A DNA stretch of 63,325 nt, counting the filler, from Octopus bimaculoides (taxonomy: Eukaryota), in NCBI RefSeq assembly GCF_001194135.2. It is 6 parts of 5 records of this genome, joined end to end, with 100 filler letters (N's around TTAATTAATTAA, not from the genome) between each part and the next. Parts side by side here need not be neighbours in the genome. Positions count along the whole stretch, not along the records: positions 13,924 to 35,806 come from NC_068989.1; positions 35,907 to 62,164 come from NC_068986.1; 4 more parts are not named here. The stretch is one strand, 5' to 3'. The notes under the pieces are model-generated. The model ran no database searches. It saw only the letters and a list, made by a program, of their open reading frames with translations, and was not told where the DNA came from. Position numbers and translations under genes: made by a program. Every line of letters starts with the position of its first letter. Position 1 is the stretch's first letter. Below, piece by piece: positions 26,503 to 39,899 of the stretch.

Positions 26503-27249
26503 GCGTGGCTTCTTATGGAACAGCCATATTGAAGTGACAATAAACATTACTTCTCAGTATAGTTACTACTTTCATCTCTTATATTCATAATGTTATGCCA
26601 AAATCAAGAATTAATTTATTGTAACTACCAGACAATAAAATATCACTAGTATTATCTCATGAAATCCAGGTAAAAAATTTTTTTAGATATCCAAAGTAAT
26701 CAGATATATTCTTGATTAGTTTAACACAAAGATAAAACTCGAAGAAGATTAATTGTACTTGAGATTATATAGTAGTAGCGAAGTGTAGATATCAGAATCC
26801 GACATGGTAGATAATAGCAGCAGCATACGTAATAAGCATAAAGTCAAACCAATGATGTATCATGTACCTGAACACCCAATCTACTAGACATAGCAGCCAA
26901 ATCGCTCTCAGCCTCACCATAATGCTTTATAAACGAAAGACATATCTGAAAATAGTGTCTGAGATAAAATACGCCTGAAACAAAATGTAATGGTCGGAAT
27001 TAGTGCTAAATGAGAGAAGTTGGGGTCTAAATGTCAAGAACAAAAACAAACATCAACGGTTCAATGATTACGTAATTGTTTCTAATTAAAGCACAAGGGA
27101 AGGAATGTTGATAGGAAGCTGTTAGTCTGTTACATTAGATCAAGAACGGGAAAAGTATTATATTTTATTGATTCTGAAGAGACGAAAAACAAATTTCATC
27201 CGGGATACATTTGAACTAAAAAAAAAAACAAGACTAACGGTCTCAGGGT

Positions 27250-27393
27250 ATAAGGTTCTTATTTTATTGACGCAGAAAGAATGAAAAGAAAAGTCGACCT
27301 CGGCGGAATTTGAACTTAGAACGTAAATACAGACAAAACGCCACCGAGATTTTTCCCGGTGTGCTAACGACTCTGCCAGCTTTCCGCCTTAAT
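27250..27393 (-). mobile_element. SINE family B fragment
   Basis: aaagtcgacctcggcggaatttgaac...ctctgccagctttccgcc. Confidence 0.85.
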
Positions 27394-27399
27394 GCTGTT

Positions 27400-27710
27400 G
27401 ATGTCAGATTCTCTTCCCGTCAAACACGACGTATGAGCGTTCAGCTGTTGCTCAAAGACTTGCACAAATGATCTGTTTAAAGTGATCAAATGTTCGTGCC
27501 GTGCACAGCACACTCCTTTCAGCAAATCCACGTTGTCCGAACAGGTGCACGGTGTAGCATGCACCAGGTGTCGAAATGATCGCAGAGTAATGTGGGATGA
27601 AGTGTTTTGCACGAGAACACAGCGCATCACCCGCTCTCGGAATTGAAACCACGATATCGCGATCGTGTGTGCAACTACATAACCACTAGGCCGTGCGTCC
27701 TCACTTATAA
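27400..27710 (-). mobile_element. SINE family D
   Basis: Reverse strand shows a tRNA-like head (cggcctagtgg, ggtttcaattcc) and an aaaacacttcatcccacatt core; related copy at about 52750-52935. Confidence 0.7.
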
Positions 27711-27716
27711 CAATAA

Positions 27717-27763
27717 TAATGATGATGATGATGATAATGATAATAATAATAATAATAATAATG

Positions 27764-27794
<31 letters not shown>

Positions 27795-28830
27795 TGATGA
27801 TGATTCTTTATTTGTTGGCTATAAGGGCCGCCTACAAATACAAAGGATAGTGGGGATCTACATATAGTGAGTGTAATGAGTGAAAAATAACAAGTAACAA
27901 TAACATTTCGAACGATAAAAATCCCGTCAAGCTGAAAGCTTCACTCAGAGGCAACCAAGGAACCGCACTCATCCTAGACACCCCGAACGCCAAAGGAATC
28001 ACAGGTGGACACCTCTCTCCTCTCCTCTCCATGTCCTATGCATACAGGCACATGCTCAGTGTAGTCCCATTAACACAGGCCATCCTCGCCACATTCAACC
28101 ACTTTTCAACAAAAATACAGGGGATCAGTACTTCCCTCTCCACGCTCCCTACGACACTGTGGTTGCATGGGCCTACCTCTCTAGGTGCCGAGCTGGAGGC
28201 CAGCTTCTGGTTAATCTTTGCTCTTTTCGCAGCTTCATATTCCTTTAAGAGTAGTGCAAATCAGCTCGATTTCCAGGCTGTCTGACACTACTACAGTGAC
28301 GTTATCCGCATAAACAGAAACGAACCTTCCGCATCCTAGTTGACGCGCGATACCCCTCGAAACATCCAGCTTCCGTAGCAATGGCTCGAGAGCCAGCACG
28401 TACGTTGGTTCTTCATGGACCAAACGTGCGATGCTAAAAGTTTGCGGTAAGTGAGCATTCACTTTGACCATCGAACTGATGTTACTATACAGAACCAAAA
28501 CCGGCTGACGCAAGGACACCCTCCAACTATTAATGGTCGACCCGATAAAAAGCTTTTGATTGATCCAAAATCGAAAGCTTTTGATTGATCTCCACCCATG
28601 CTAGCTCCGTACCAACGCTCTCAATGATATAACGCGTGAGGTAGAGGTTATCGTGGATAGAACTGTCTGGAATAGCGTATGCTTGCGCGTGACCAATCAG
28701 TTTACCGACAACAACCTCTTGAGTAACAGTTTGGCCAAAATCTTGTAATCTACATTTAGCAGAATTACGGACCTTAAATTACTTAACTCGTCCCCCTTAT
28801 TCGGGTTGTTTCTTAACTGAACCATCACAT
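27717..28830 (-). mobile_element. Tx1/L1-clade LINE, 5'-truncated and internally deleted, with an (ATC)n/(ATT)n tail
   Basis: Reverse frames give LLNVDYKILAK, SIHDNLYL, SKAFD, YVLALEPLLRKL and VYADNVTV. The 3' end reads aaataaagaa then trinucleotide repeats. Confidence 0.85.
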
Positions 28831-28837
28831 CACGAGC

Positions 28838-29003
28838 TGGCAGAATATTTAGCACACAGCGTTTCGTCCGTCTTTACATTTTGAGTTCAAATTCCACCGT
28901 AGTTTACTTTACCCTTCATGGTCGATAAAAAAGTACCAGTTGAGCTCTGAATTGATGTAATCTATTTTCTCACTCCTCCGAAATTACTGGCCTTATGTAA
29001 AAA
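28838..29003 (+). mobile_element. SINE family B
   Basis: cgagctggcagaat...gagttcaaattccacc...gtcgataaaaaagtaccag, followed by (AAT)n. Confidence 0.8.
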
Positions 29004-29055
<52 letters not shown>

Positions 29056-29737
29056 TAATGGCTTTCTGCTCAAAGTCCAAGACCGTATAAGTTTTCCCCC
29101 TCAGGTGGTAACGCGTATATAACCAGTTATATATTTGTGTAAATATATTCAGATATGGTAGGTAGCACTTAATTTCATTTTCGCTGTTCTAAATATACAC
29201 GGTCTTAATATGTGAAAACATGTAATATCCCGCCATTTTAATAACATAGATTCCTTTCAATGTCGCATTGAGTTTATCACTTTCTCTGTGACATACAGCA
29301 TCTGCTAATTCCTGTGTATTCCTTGTTTCAGCGAGACAGTTTTATCAGACATAGGTTTACACTCATCGATTCCTTCGAAGATATTTCATATCTGGAATTG
29401 CAACGTACGGGATTTTACCTGTGGTAATCCGGTGTCCTTATTATACGTAGAAATAATTCACACACCTGTGGATTTAGAACGTGTTTATATAACAATCAGT
29501 CGATTGCAATCGGTTTGATAAGTGCCATGAACAAAATTGCGTGTCCATGAGGCTCTTTTGCTAGTGTTTCGTGATTTAAAAAGAATTTTACACGTACTCT
29601 TGTATTGAGACATTTTTCCTACTTGCTCAACCAAACTTCACTATGTGTACGTGTCGGCATGCATACATGCGTATATCTCTAATTATTTATATGTCAGTCT
29701 ATCTATCTGTCTGTCTGTCTGTCTGTATATCTATCTA

Positions 29738-30936
29738 CGAGAGTTGGCTGAAAAGCTCACAGGCTGAAAAAGATACTCTGATGGAATGTAACAAAATGAG
29801 GTTTATTTTTCAACATACTCCCCATCGCGGTTCATACACGAATTCTATTGGTGAAGAATATTTCATCCTATTGTGCAAAGTGTCATCAGCAGCAGATATG
29901 ATGTCAAGTTCCCAGTGAAGTAGATTTTCATACTGGGAAGCAGGTGATAATAAGATCGCGCTAAATCAGGAAAACAGGAACGGAGATCAACCAGTTCAAA
30001 GGCACGGTCATGCACAGCAGCCGTTGACAGTAAGGACAACGGCTGATGAAACAGGACGCCTTTCCTCAGTTTTTCCTGGTTGTTTGTTCTTGATATCTTG
30101 ATAGACTTTCGTAACTGCCCCAGCAAGTTGGCATAGTACTTTCTAATGACAGTGTGACCCGTTTGAAGATATTGACCTTTGCATAAGAAAAACTGAGGTC
30201 ATCAACTTCCATGCAGATGAAAAGATCTTGGCCCACTCAAAAGCAGACGAGGAGAGAGGTTCCACTGTATAGATTGTGTCTTCTTCTCTGGCTCAAAGTG
30301 ATGAACCCAACACCCATGCTAGCTTAAGAAACCTTCAGCTGGGTATGCTTTGAAAAATGTTAGATTTTCCTGTGATATGATCAGGCTAGCGCGTTTTTGA
30401 TCAGGTGTCAAAAGACATGGCACCCACTGAACAGAAACCTTTGCCATGCCAAGTTCATTGGGCAGAATATTCTCAACTATTTCTCTCAAGATATGCAAAT
30501 AGCATTCGCTATTTGATTTATTCTCAGTCACCTGTCATTCATCATTGTGTGGTAAAAAAAGATCATTGTTTTCTACTGTGGTGACAGTAGTAGGACGTCT
30601 AGATCTTGTATCATCCTCAACACTCTCTTTTTCCATTTTAAATTCAGATGCTAACTTTTCGCGGTACGTCATCCCCTAGTATATTAACAATACCAACAGG
30701 AATGTCGTTGGCGGCTAAACTTTTTTCTGCAGGTACTTGATAACACCACGATACCAAATTTTGTCGATTTTCAAGATAACCCGCTACATTTGAAGTCTTC
30801 GTTGAACAGTCGGATGTCAGTTTACCTGGAAAGAAACGTTGCAGTTATTAATACGGAGTTGAAATTAATGGAGGCAAGGAATTTACAACTCTAGCATTAT
30901 TGTTTCATAGTCAACCTATGAACTTTTCAGCCTCCC

Positions 30937-30937
<1 letters not shown>
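29738..30937 (-). mobile_element. Near-full-length mariner relic (1.2 kb) with both TIRs and flanking TA
   Basis: TIR core ggctgaaaagYtcaYaggYtga at both ends, TA at 29736-37 and 30938-39. Decayed transposase (YRGVIKYLQKK, WVPCLLTPDQKR, FPDLARSYYHL). Confidence 0.9.
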
Positions 30938-30994
<57 letters not shown>

Positions 30995-31071
30995 GTTTGT
31001 CTGTCGATTTATCTATCTGTCTGTCTATCTATCTATATAACTGTTTGTCTGTCTGTCTATATGTGTATAGT

Positions 31072-31118
<47 letters not shown>

Positions 31119-31122
<4 letters not shown>

Positions 31123-31205
31123 CCAGGTATGTATCTATATGTACATGTGGATGAAGGTATATACATACATGTACATATATATGCATATACTCATATATTG
31201 TTTAT
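31119..31205 (+). repeat. Fragment of the terminal unit of the 57190-57970 repeat
   Basis: gtacccaggtatgtatctatatgtacatgtggatgaagg...gcatatactcatatattgttt is nearly identical to 57888-57970 and to the reverse strand of 57135-57197. Confidence 0.85.
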
Positions 31206-32158
31206 ATATATATATACATATATATACATTTTCATATATACATACATATATCTAAATCTACCACCTATAGATACATACATATATATACATATATATATGT
31301 AAATATACATATATATAGAATGACACACACTTTCATTGAAGTAGATATTTGTATATGATATTATGCATCTTATATGTATATGTTTGTGTATCTCTGTATA
31401 CATTTATGTACATGTTTATATATATTTACAGAGATATGACGTAAATCAGTGTATGTCTGCGTGTACGTATATGTGTGTATGTGTGTGTATGTATGTATGT
31501 ATGAATGCATATGTGTGTGTGTACGTATGTGTATAAATATGCTTTAGTGAATGGATTCATTTAGGCGATGAAAGTACATTAAATTGATGTGCTGCAATAT
31601 GTAGCGAGATTTCGCAATCAATAAAAAAAACCGTTTCTAAGGTAATACCAAGTGACTCAAATGTTGCTCATAGTTGATTCATGCCTAATATAAATTAAGA
31701 TAGTAATTTGCTGTTTTCGGTACATTTAGTATTGGCAGGAATAGTGAGAGGGCATCAGAGCCATGTGCTGTGAGGAAAACTTTGGTATTCGAATAATACA
31801 TCCCTGGAAACATAGGGGTTTCGTCAACTATCTTTAAACAAAACTTATTCAGAGACCTACTGGACCTGAAGAAAATTCTAACTAGGCCCCATCTTCAAAG
31901 TCATGTGCTGTTTATCATATGCTGCAGCCGTGTCGTGCAGATACGGTTGTGAAGCATGTGCCTGATGTGCTTTTATAAGGACGAAGAGTCATGAATGGTA
32001 TATTGGGCTTCGTATATATGCATCCCAAAATCGCCATGATGGCATGTGACGCAGCTCTCTCACTCAATAAAAATATGAAATGTAATGAAGAGGAATACAC
32101 AGTCACTTTAAGGACTGAAAGGAAATGAAATAAGGAATAGAAATGAATATAAGATATG

Positions 32159-32233
<75 letters not shown>

Positions 32234-32920
32234 NNNNNNNNNNNNNNNNNNNNNNNNNNNNNNNNNNNNNNNNNNNNNNNNNNNNNNNNNNNNNNNNNNN
32301 NNNNNNNNNNNNNNNNNNNNNNNNNNNNNNNNNNNNNNNNNNNNNNNNNNNNNNNNNNNNNNNNNNNNNNNNNNNNNNNNNNNNNNNNNNNNNNNNNNNN
32401 NNNNNNNNNNNNNNNNNNNNNNNNNNNNNNNNNNNNNNNNNNNNNNNNNNNNNNNNNNNNNNNNNNNNNNNNNNNNNNNNNNNNNNNNNNNNNNNNNNNN
32501 NNNNNNNNNNNNNNNNNNNNNNNNNNNNNNNNNNNNNNNNNNNNNNNNNNNNNNNNNNNNNNNNNNNNNNNNNNNNNNNNNNNNNNNNNNNNNNNNNNNN
32601 NNNNNNNNNNNNNNNNNNNNNNNNNNNNNNNNNNNNNNNNNNNNNNNNNNNNNNNNNNNNNNNNNNNNNNNNNNNNNNNNNNNNNNNNNNNNNNNNNNNN
32701 NNNNNNNNNNNNNNNNNNNNNNNNNNNNNNNNNNNNNNNNNNNNNNNNNNNNNNNNNNNNNNNNNNNNNNNNNNNNNNNNNNNNNNNNNNNNNNNNTATA
32801 CATACAAATGCATATATATACACATATATATTATATACATATATCTATACAAAAACACACACACACTCACAAACACACATACATACACGCACACACATAG
32901 ACACATAAAGACACACACAC

Positions 32921-32986
<66 letters not shown>

Positions 32987-33252
32987 TTCAAAACTTGACC
33001 TCGAGGCTGGCGCATACTCTTTGAAATCGATATCACAGCACCTATTTTTTTGTCCAGATTTCTGTGTCTATATAATTCAAACAGGTATCAAATATTTGAT
33101 TCTTACCTATGTTTTCTCCAGTAACATTTTGCACTTGAACTTTCACATCTATGAAGATGTAGCTCACAAAGATACATCACTGTAGTATAACCAGAATAAC
33201 AAGATCTAATCCGCCACAAAGCTTGAAAATTGTAATTCTATAATGGGTCCTG

Positions 33253-33299
<47 letters not shown>

Positions 33300-33309
33300 N
33301 NNNNNNNNN

Positions 33310-33348
<39 letters not shown>

Positions 33349-33364
33349 GTATATATATTTTCAT

Positions 33365-33727
33365 GGCACTCCAATGGTTGCGACGATGAGGGTTCCAGTT
33401 GATCCGTCAATAGAACAGCTTCCTCATGAAATTAACGTGCAAGTAGCTGAACACTCCACAAACACATGTACCCTTAACGTAGTTCTCAGAGAGATTCAGC
33501 ATGACACAGAGTGTAACAAGGCTGGCCCTTTGAAATACAAGTACAACAGAAACAGGAAGAAAGAGTGAAAGAAAGTTGCAGTGAAAAAGTACAGCAGGGT
33601 TTTCCACCCCCACCCCACTGCCGGAGCCTCGTGGCGCTTTAGGTGTTTTCGCTCAATAAACACAACGTCCTGTCCGAGAATCGAAACTGCGATTCCGCTG
33701 CCCTAACCACTGGGTTATTGCGCCTAC
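33365..33727 (-). mobile_element. SINE family A, full length
   Basis: tRNA-like head (A box aacccagtgg, B box gtttcgattc); near-identical to 38465 and 52952. Confidence 0.9.
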
Positions 33728-33754
33728 ACACGCACACACACACACACACTCACA

Positions 33755-33793
<39 letters not shown>

Positions 33794-34879
33794 ACACACT
33801 CACATATATATATANNNNNNNNNNNNNNNNNNNNNNNNNNNNNNNNNNNNNNNNNNNNNNNNNNNNNNNNNNNNNNNNNNNNNNNNNNNNNNNNNNNNNN
33901 NNNNNNNNNNNNNNNNNNNNNNNNNNNNNNNNNNNNNNNNNNNNNNNNNNNNNNNNNNNNNNNNNNNNNNNNNNNNNNNNNNNNNNNNNNNNNNNNNNNN
34001 NNNNNNNNNNNNNNNNNNNNNNNNNNNNNNNNNNNNNNNNNNNNNNNNNNNNNNNNNNNNNNNNNNNNNNNNNNNNNNNNNNNNNNNNNNNNNNNNNNNN
34101 NNNNNNNNNNNNNNNNNNNNNNNNNNNNNNNNNNNNNNNNNNNNNNNNNNNNNNNNNNNNNNNNNNNNNNNNNNNNNNNNNNNNNNNNNNNNNNNNATAT
34201 ATAGCTACCTCAAGAGATATTTTTCAAATACCAAATGTGTTTTGAAAACGCTCAATCTAAAAGTGCTTTGAGGTAGACATTTTGTAATCCATAACAAATT
34301 TGATTATTCTTAACTGATTAATTTTATTAATGTCGTATCTTCTGAACAAATCTCCAGAAGACTATAAACTTTTTTTTTTTTAAGTATTCTGAAAGAATTT
34401 ACTGCGGATATTTTTAACATTAAGTATTATTAGTAACATTGTGTATCAGATTGATATATTTAATATCAAGTACATACGTATACTTTACAAAATATTTTAG
34501 AATCTTATGTAATTGGAGAGAGAGGTGCAGAGGTATACGTTCCACAATTAACTGTTTGACGGGTAGCTAATGATATAGTAAACTCTCTTTACATCAGTCT
34601 ACATTTCATCATCTTCCTCATCCTTTGCTCTCATTCTCTCTCTTTCCATCTCTCTCTCTCACTCCCCCTCCATCTCTCCCTCAACCACTATTCTTGTCAT
34701 TCACTCTCTTTCCTTGCTATCTCCCTGTTTCTGAACATTGTTCGAAGAGAAGTACTTGAGTCTGTGACCACCGAAGTGACAGACGAAATCAAAAGAGTAT
34801 ATATCAAATAATTTGTCAAAGGTATTGAGTTCCCGAAAAATCACCGTCTGCGTAATAACAATTTGAAACCCTTCTACTC

Positions 34880-34948
<69 letters not shown>

Positions 34949-35069
34949 TGTGTATGTGTGTGTGTGTATGTGTGTGTGTGTATGTGTGTGTGTGTGTGTG
35001 TGTGTGTAAAAATATATAATTGCCAATATTGGCTCACTCTCTCTTTCCCTCTTTCCCTTAATCTCTTTC

Positions 35070-35428
35070 CGCCAAAGTCGACCTTGCCTTTCTTCCTATC
35101 AAGGTCCATAAATTAAGTACCAGTGAAACAACTAGGGTCGATGTAATCAACTGGTTCCCTCCCACAAAGTTTCAAGCCTTGTGCCTTTAGGAGAAAGGGT
35201 TATTTATATTATTCAGGCGGTGAGCTGGCAGAGTCGCTGGCATGCATGGCAGTATGTTTAACGGCATTTCAACCATCTTTACGTTCTGAATTCAAATTTC
35301 TCCGTGGTCGAATTTACTTTCCATCCTTAAGGGTCGATAAATTAAGTACCTGTGAAACAGCGAGGCCAATATTATCTACGAGTTCCCTTACCCCAAATTT
35401 CAGGCCTTATGATTAGTAGAAAGGATTA
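35070..35428 (+). mobile_element. Two adjacent SINE family B copies (partial plus full)
   Basis: Core gtcgaccttgcctttc at about 35077 and head ggcggtgagctggcag at about 35216. Confidence 0.8.
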
Positions 35429-35440
35429 TTATGATCGCCA

Positions 35441-35806
35441 TTATTATTATTATTGTTCAGTAGTTTTATTTTTATAACGTGCTTTCACTTCACTACCGAG
35501 CGCAGCTCTGTGCACCTTGGGTATGTGCTGTGGTTTGCTGTGGTTTGCTGTGGTTTGCTGTGGTGCTCTTATGTTTACTGTATTGAAAGTGTTTTGCGTA
35601 GAATGTGTGCAGTACCCAGTAGTGCAATTTTCTGTATGTTATATATATTTGTAAGTCCTGGTGTTTTTGTTATGTATTTGTCTGAATATTTTTTTATTAT
35701 ACCTAAGGCACCTACTATGATAGGAATTGTTTCTGTTTTTAGATTCCACATTCGAGTTACCTCTATTTCCAGGTCTTTGTATTTTGAAAGTTTTTCCATT
35801 TCTTTT
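35441..35806 (-). mobile_element. 3' end of an R4/Dong-like LINE (restriction-like endonuclease C-terminus) ending in (AAT)n
   Basis: EKLSKYKDLEIEVTRMW...IPIIVGALG...IQKIALLGTAHILRK* is typical of RLE-bearing non-LTR elements. Cut by a gap. Confidence 0.8.
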
Positions 35807-35911
35807 NNNNNNNNNNNNNNNNNNNNNNNNNNNNNNNNNNNNNNNNNNNNTTAATTAATTAANNNNNNNNNNNNNNNNNNNNNNNNNNNNNNNNNNNNNN
35901 NNNNNNATATA

Positions 35912-35947
<36 letters not shown>

Positions 35948-36562
35948 TGTGTGTGTGCAGGTGGACGCGTATTGCTAACAACAAAGAAATAAAGGTAATA
36001 ATGAAATACAAAGAGAACAAAAAGTAAATAAAATAAAAGAAACAAAGCAGAAAGGAAGAAACAGCATAAAAAATGCAAAAAGCAACGAGGAAGTTCCAGA
36101 GATGACAGTTGGCCTGAGGCCAATTGCAGAAAAACGACAGCAGAAATGTGAGCCATCAAAGGACAGTATTATATTCTTGCATCTTTCAGACAAACTTTGT
36201 CACTAATTCCATCTGTGAAGCTGTTTATTGTTGTAACAATATTCAGTGGAGACATAGAAAGGGATTAACTTTATAATAAATAAATAAATAAATAAAAAGA
36301 GTAGGCACACTCATATACACATAAACATTTACACACTCCTACATACAGATTCACATATATATAGAGAATGACTAAATGATGACAACTCAAAACATATATT
36401 AAAAGAAAATATATTACTGTTATATGTGAGCGTGTGTTTGCGTGGGTAGGTATGTGTGCGTTTGAGAACGTGTGTGGTATGTTTCGTTCACTCGACGCTT
36501 CTATGTTTGTTTATAAAAACGTTCCCACAATCTATCTAGTTATCTGTCTGTCTGTCTGTTCG

Positions 36563-36630
<68 letters not shown>

Positions 36631-36789
36631 GAATCAATTATGGGAACAGCTCAAAGCTTATATGTATATAAAACAATATATGCATGCTGGTGTGCGTGTG
36701 TGCATGTGTGTGTCCGTGTGCGTGCGCGCGGTCAATCGCGAGTCACTAAAGCTTTTTTTTTATTCTCTCTCTGTTTATTTTCTCGTGTC

Positions 36790-36920
36790 CCTCTCTCCTG
36801 AAGAGCGTAGGCTCAAAACGGAAAAGACTTTCTCACCTTCCCAAGCGTTAAACTAATACACTTGCTTGTTGTTTATACACCTATCTTCGTCTTTTGTTTA
36901 CTTTTCTAAATTCCAACTAT
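36790..36920 (+). mobile_element. PLE-type terminal repeat fragment with a decayed hammerhead-like motif
   Basis: CTGAAGAGCGTAGGCTCAAAACGGAAAAGA parallels the 58600-58636 motif; the downstream part resembles the reverse strand of 56420-56475. Confidence 0.5.
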
Positions 36921-38464
36921 ATATATATATATATTAATACTTATATACATGCGAACGCTTAATCCATAACCTTGAGTCCAACACTATATCTGTATATGTA
37001 TGTATCTTTTCTATTTTGCAAGGGGCTCTTCAGAAACTGCTTGCAGTTTGTGATTTTTCTTGTCATATAGAGAGCCTTGGAAGAAAAAGAGATGTGATTT
37101 GTAGATATACACAGGTTAGAAAAAGATGCTATACCTGTGGGTGTTGCCACCATGGGCTGTGATTAAGGTAGAGGAGTTGGGTAAACAGTTTAATGTGGAT
37201 GAACGTCTAACGGCTGATGGTGGGCACCCCACAAGGTTAGTGATGCTGCTGCTGCTGATGATGATGATGATGACGATGATGGTGATTAGTTATGATAATG
37301 ATGACGGTGATATCGATGGCGATCACGATGACAATGATGATGATGATGATAAAGAATGAGGTGTCGAGGATGGGGAAAATGCGGATTATGATGATTGATG
37401 ATGGCGACGATTGCGATATATTTATTATCATAAAAAATTGCTTAGGGTATTGTTATGTAATTTGTTGGTGGCGAGGAAGCGCTCTTCGATCTGATGATAG
37501 CGACTCAAGAGGAAAAAGGATTGGTGATAATGAAGATGGGAATATAACAGTGTGTGTTTGTACGGTGGTAGGGTGGCATTAGAAAGCTAGAGCCGTAGCT
37601 TCCTTGGAGGGACATAATCGGCCTTTTAACATCTGTCTCAATCACAACGTCTGTTGCCTACACTCACCAAAGCAGTATCTTTTCTACTATATGTATATCT
37701 GTAATTTTATCTAGGTTATCTATACAAGAAGTATAATTACAGACTGCAAATATTCCTGAAGAGATCACGGTCAAAACAAAATAAATATTTTGTGGGACTA
37801 AGTTGTAATATTTTGTGGGACTATATTATGACCCAATACACGCACATACACATCATATTATTTACTCAGGCATATACTCACACTCTTTAAAAGCGGAATT
37901 ATAAGAAAAGGATAACGCAAACGAATATCTTAATGCAATATGATGGAAGCATAGAACTTGCGCGTAGAACAGACGAGCTGTGTAATATCGAAACTTCTTG
38001 TTGTAATGTATATATCTAGCTACTGCTTCTAGTTTAAACATAAAGACAGCCATTTCGAGACGAGGGGGTGAATCAATACCATCGGAACCAGAGTTTGATT
38101 GGTAATTTATTTCATCGACCCAGAAAGAATGGGAATCAAAGTTGACATTGGCTGAGTTTGAACTCATAATGTAGAGAGCTGCAAATATCAGCAAACCATT
38201 TTCCCGCTGATCAAATGATTCTGCGAACCATCATTCTTTATAGATTGCTTTTAATAAAAATATAAAGTATTCTGCAGACAAAAAATAATTTCTCTTGTTT
38301 TATGATTGTTGTAAACACGCAAAAGTCACGTATACATGCATACATACATATATATATATATATATATANNNNNNNNNNNNNNNNNNNNNNNNNNNNNNNN
38401 NNNNNNNNNNNNNNNNNNNNNNNNNNNNNNNNNNNNNNNNNNNNNNNNNNNNNNNNNNNGTGTG

Positions 38465-38841
38465 TTGGCACTCCGTCGCTTACGATGTCGAGAGTTCCAG
38501 TTGATCCAGTCAACGGAACAGCCTGCTCGTGAAATTAACGTGCAAGTGGCTGAGCACTCCACAGACACGTGTACCCTTAACGTAGTTCTCAGGGATATTC
38601 AGCGTGACACAGTGTGACAAGGCTGGCCCTTTGAATTGCAGGCACAACAGAAACAGGAAATAAGAGCGAGAAAGTTGAGGTGAAGGAGTACAGCAGGGTT
38701 CGCCACCATCCCCTGCAGGAGCCTCGTGGAGCTTTAGGTGTTTTCGCTCAATAAACACTCACAACGCCCGGGCTGGGAATCGAAACCGCGATCCTCTCAC
38801 CGCGAGTTCGCTGCCTTAACCACTGGGCCATTGCGCCTCCA
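38465..38841 (-). mobile_element. SINE family A, full length
   Basis: Head ggaggcgcaatggcccagtgg...ggtttcgattccc on the reverse strand. Confidence 0.92.
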
Positions 38842-39539
38842 CACACATACACATACCATTGATTAGACGGATAAGACAGACAGAGGGAGAAATATATAGA
38901 AAGATAGACAAGTTAATGGGGTCGATGGTAAGGGTGTTGGTTGTGGATGTTGTGTCGGTGGTATTTAGTGGTGGTGGTGCCGCTGGTTATGGTGGTCATG
39001 TGGCTTGGTTTGTCACTGGAGACGGTTAAGAACTGAAAGGTCGTGCACATTAATACGGTTTGCAAGTGCTCTGTGCCATTCTACAGAGAAAGACAATTGT
39101 CTCATAAAAGCAGTGGACAAAACGAAATAATTCAGCAATTGACCCGTCTAAGAATCGGTCAATAGAAGAAAATAAATAAATGAATAAATAGATAAAAAAT
39201 TTCTCACTTTACATTAAAAAAAAAAAGAAATAAAAAAACACACACAAGAAACAAAACGAAACGAAACTTAACATACTTTCTCCTCAAGCCCCTTAACTTT
39301 GGCCTTACCCCGGGGCTATACTGCACTTCAAGAATATTACCTTATTGTTTGTAACCCAGCTGGGCTGCAAGAGTTGCAGAGCAGTATATCTGTGGCTGAA
39401 GTAGCGGTTTGAGAAAGCCGTTGTCCACTATTGGCGACCATTTTCTGCGTCAATAGTTTATGAAGAGAAAGGAAATGTGAAAATTTCGTTCAAATATATC
39501 AGAAATCGACAAGGTTTTCAAAATCGGGGACACAAGAAA

Positions 39540-39619
<80 letters not shown>

Positions 39620-39733
39620 TGGATGATGATGATTTTGATGATGCTGATATATCATGTGTTTGCTCGTGTGTGTATGTATATGTGCTTGTATGTGCGTGTA
39701 TATGCGTATGTGCGTGGTGTGTGTTTGTGTGTT

Positions 39734-39781
<48 letters not shown>

Positions 39782-39899
39782 ATTGTTAAGCGCTAAGAAT
39801 TAGCCCTCAACACATGACATAGAGTTTATATTCACTAGAATTATAATTGGGAATAATCTTGCATTTGAACATATTTGAGACTATATTCTTGTTTAATTA

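Noticed and set aside
29330-29520. Good plus-strand acceptor followed by two open frames
   Set aside because: No convincing donor, no phase link to the other candidates and no recognisable peptide.
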